IMG/VR virus record: IMGVR_UViG_3300020141_000500
Span: 1 to 61,699 of that record
Length of the DNA stretch: 61,699 bases
Strand: one strand, 5' to 3'
Source of the DNA: a virus
Lineage: Duplodnaviria > Caudoviricetes
Position numbers and translations under genes: made by a program
The notes under the pieces: generated by a model
Database searches by the model: none
Told to the model about the DNA's origin: nothing
Seen by the model: the letters and a program-made list of their open reading frames with translations, nothing else
Shown here: positions 60,059 to 61,699 of the stretch, in pieces
Layout: each line of letters opens with the position of its first letter
How positions within the stretch are numbered: the first letter of the stretch is position 1

Positions 60059-61699
60059 TACGACAAAAAATATTAGAGATGTAATTCGGGAAGAGTATAT
60101 AAAGTGTGCCAAAGATCCTATATACTTCATGAAGAAGTATGTAAAGATTCAACATCCTATTCGCGGCACATTGCCATTTCTTACTTATCCATTTCAAGAC
60201 AGAACTTTGACCGACTTGATCAAATATGATCAAAACATTATTCTCAAAAGTCGTCAGATGGGTATTACTACACTAGTTGCTGCATATTCATTGTGGCTCA
60301 TGGTGTTTCATGAAAACAAAGAAATCATTTGTTTGAGTATCACACAAGAAACATCCAAAGCAATTGTAACCAAAGTTCGTTTTGCCAATGACAATCTACC
60401 AAGTTGGTTGAAACTGAAAGAATCAGAAGACAATCGACTGTCATTGAAACTATCCAACGGTTCCAAGATTGTTGCTATTTCATCAGCCGGTACAGCCGGT
60501 CGTTCGGGTGCTGCATCTTTGCTGATCATTGACGAAGCTGCGTTCATCGACAATATCGACGAAATCTGGTTGTCTTCTCAATACACTTTGGCTACTGGTG
60601 GTAAAGCGGTTGTGTTGTCTACACCAAATGGTGTGGGTAATTGGTTTCACAAAATGTGGACAGAAAGCGAAGCTGGTCTAAACAACATGAATCGTATTAG
60701 CTTGCCTTGGAATCATCATCCAGAACGCGACCAAAAATGGCGCGATGAACAAACCAAGTTGTCTAGCGAAAAAGGAGCGGCACAAGAATGTGATTGTGAA
60801 TTTAGTACGTCAGGCAATACCGTTATTGATATTCCACTACTAGAATGGTATGAAAAAAATCATGCGATTGATCCAACAGAAAAGCGTGGATTTGATAAAG
60901 GATTGTGGATATACAAATATCCAGAAGCTGGTAAAAGTTATATGATAAGTGCCGACGTTGGTCGAGGAGATGCCGCCGACTTTAGTGCGTGTCAAGTGTT
61001 GGAAATAGAAACAATGGAACAAGTGGCAGAATACAAAGGAAAAATACCAACAAGTGATTATGCTCGGTTGCTCATGACAATTGCAACTGAATATAATCAA
61101 GCATTGCTTGTTATAGAAAATGCCAATGTAGGATGGGCAGTTATACAAGTTGTATTAGACAGCAACTATCCAAATCTATTTTATAGTTCATCAGATTTAC
61201 AATATGTGGATGTGGAATCGCAATCCACAAACAAGATAAATGCAGAAGAACGCAAAATGACACCGGGCTTTACTACATCCAACAAGTCTAGACCGCTTCT
61301 AATATCCAAGCTTGAAAGTTATATTCGCAATAAAGAAGTAATCATACACAGCAAGCGATTATTGGAAGAATTGAATGTATTCATATGGAAAAACACCGGT
61401 GGATCGTCTGCCAAAGCAGAAGCCATGACTGGTTATAATGATGACCTTGTATTGTCAATGGCTATTGGATTATGGATAAGAGATGTAGCATTGAGATTGA
61501 GAAAAGAAGCAGATGAATCTACTCGTCTTATAATATCAAAGATTGGTTCTACATCCAACGAACAGATAAAAAATAATATGGTGGCGTTGCATAAATCTGG
61601 GAATAATCCTTATGGAGTTTATAGCAATCCTTGGAAAATGAGTATTGGTGGACCAAGTGGTGTTGGTGGACAGAGTAAAACAGAAGATCTAACATGGCT
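60051..61699 (+). CDS. terL: terminase large subunit (T4 gp17-like), runs off the window end; absent from the ORF track
   Basis: KCAKDPIYF, YPFQ, LKSRQMGITT, LIIDEAAF, STPNG, ADVGRG..ADFS and DDLVLS motifs. Confidence 0.93.
   Translation, partial: MSNTTKNIRDVIREEYIKCAKDPIYFMKKYVKIQHPIRGTLPFLTYPFQDRTLTDLIKYDQNIILKSRQMGITTLVAAYSLWLMVFHENKEIICLSITQETSKAIVTKVRFANDNLPSWLKLKESEDNRLSLKLSNGSKIVAISSAGTAGRSGAASLLIIDEAAFIDNIDEIWLSSQYTLATGGKAVVLSTPNGVGNWFHKMWTESEAGLNNMNRISLPWNHHPERDQKWRDEQTKLSSEKGAAQECDCEFSTSGNTVIDIPLLEWYEKNHAIDPTEKRGFDKGLWIYKYPEAGKSYMISADVGRGDAADFSACQVLEIETMEQVAEYKGKIPTSDYARLLMTIATEYNQALLVIENANVGWAVIQVVLDSNYPNLFYSSSDLQYVDVESQSTNKINAEERKMTPGFTTSNKSRPLLISKLESYIRNKEVIIHSKRLLEELNVFIWKNTGGSSAKAEAMTGYNDDLVLSMAIGLWIRDVALRLRKEADESTRLIISKIGSTSNEQIKNNMVALHKSGNNPYGVYSNPWKMSIGGPSGVGGQSKTEDLTW

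Noticed and set aside
1-61699. Stop-codon reassignment as seen in some large phages
   Set aside because: Genes are full length in the standard code, pack tightly and end in TAA or TGA; no fragmentation at TAG was seen.
60051-61699. Intein or intron in the terminase, or a gene-free right end
   Set aside because: The motifs follow in one frame at normal length; the ORF track omits it because its stop lies outside the window.

Overview
This is a 61.7 kb segment of a large, AT-rich, contractile-tailed dsDNA phage with distantly T4-like genes. Essentially all real genes are on the + strand and read in the standard code. Order: Pro/Thr-repeat (mucin-like) fibre or decoration genes and a duplicated unknown-domain family (1-6.5 kb); small early genes, HExxH proteins, PhoH and a large PT-repeat virion protein; glycosylation cluster 1 (GT60-like, GT-B/GT25 fusion, Glf); Hsp20; a two-unit cassette array of MKKSELKQLIRE-leader proteins; peptide deformylase; gp55-like sigma factor; baseplate block (spike, gp25, gp6-like, gp7-like, FG-GAP protein); RuvC, primase and a fused SbcD-SbcC; glycosylation cluster 2 (GT4-FkbM, DegT-like, acyltransferase, GT4-Aah/TibC); a 1311-aa protein with four nucleotidyltransferase-type domains; and the terminase large subunit running off the right edge. 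Two candidate systems stand out. (1) A shared (K/E)LxxLIxE leader/linker that looks like a capsid-targeting and prohead-protease signal. It is used in a swappable cassette, inside polyproteins, and in one case precedes a cryptic twin-arginine signal. (2) A phage-encoded protein O-glycosylation pathway co-located with mucin-like virion proteins. All family calls come from motifs recognised by eye; no database search was run.
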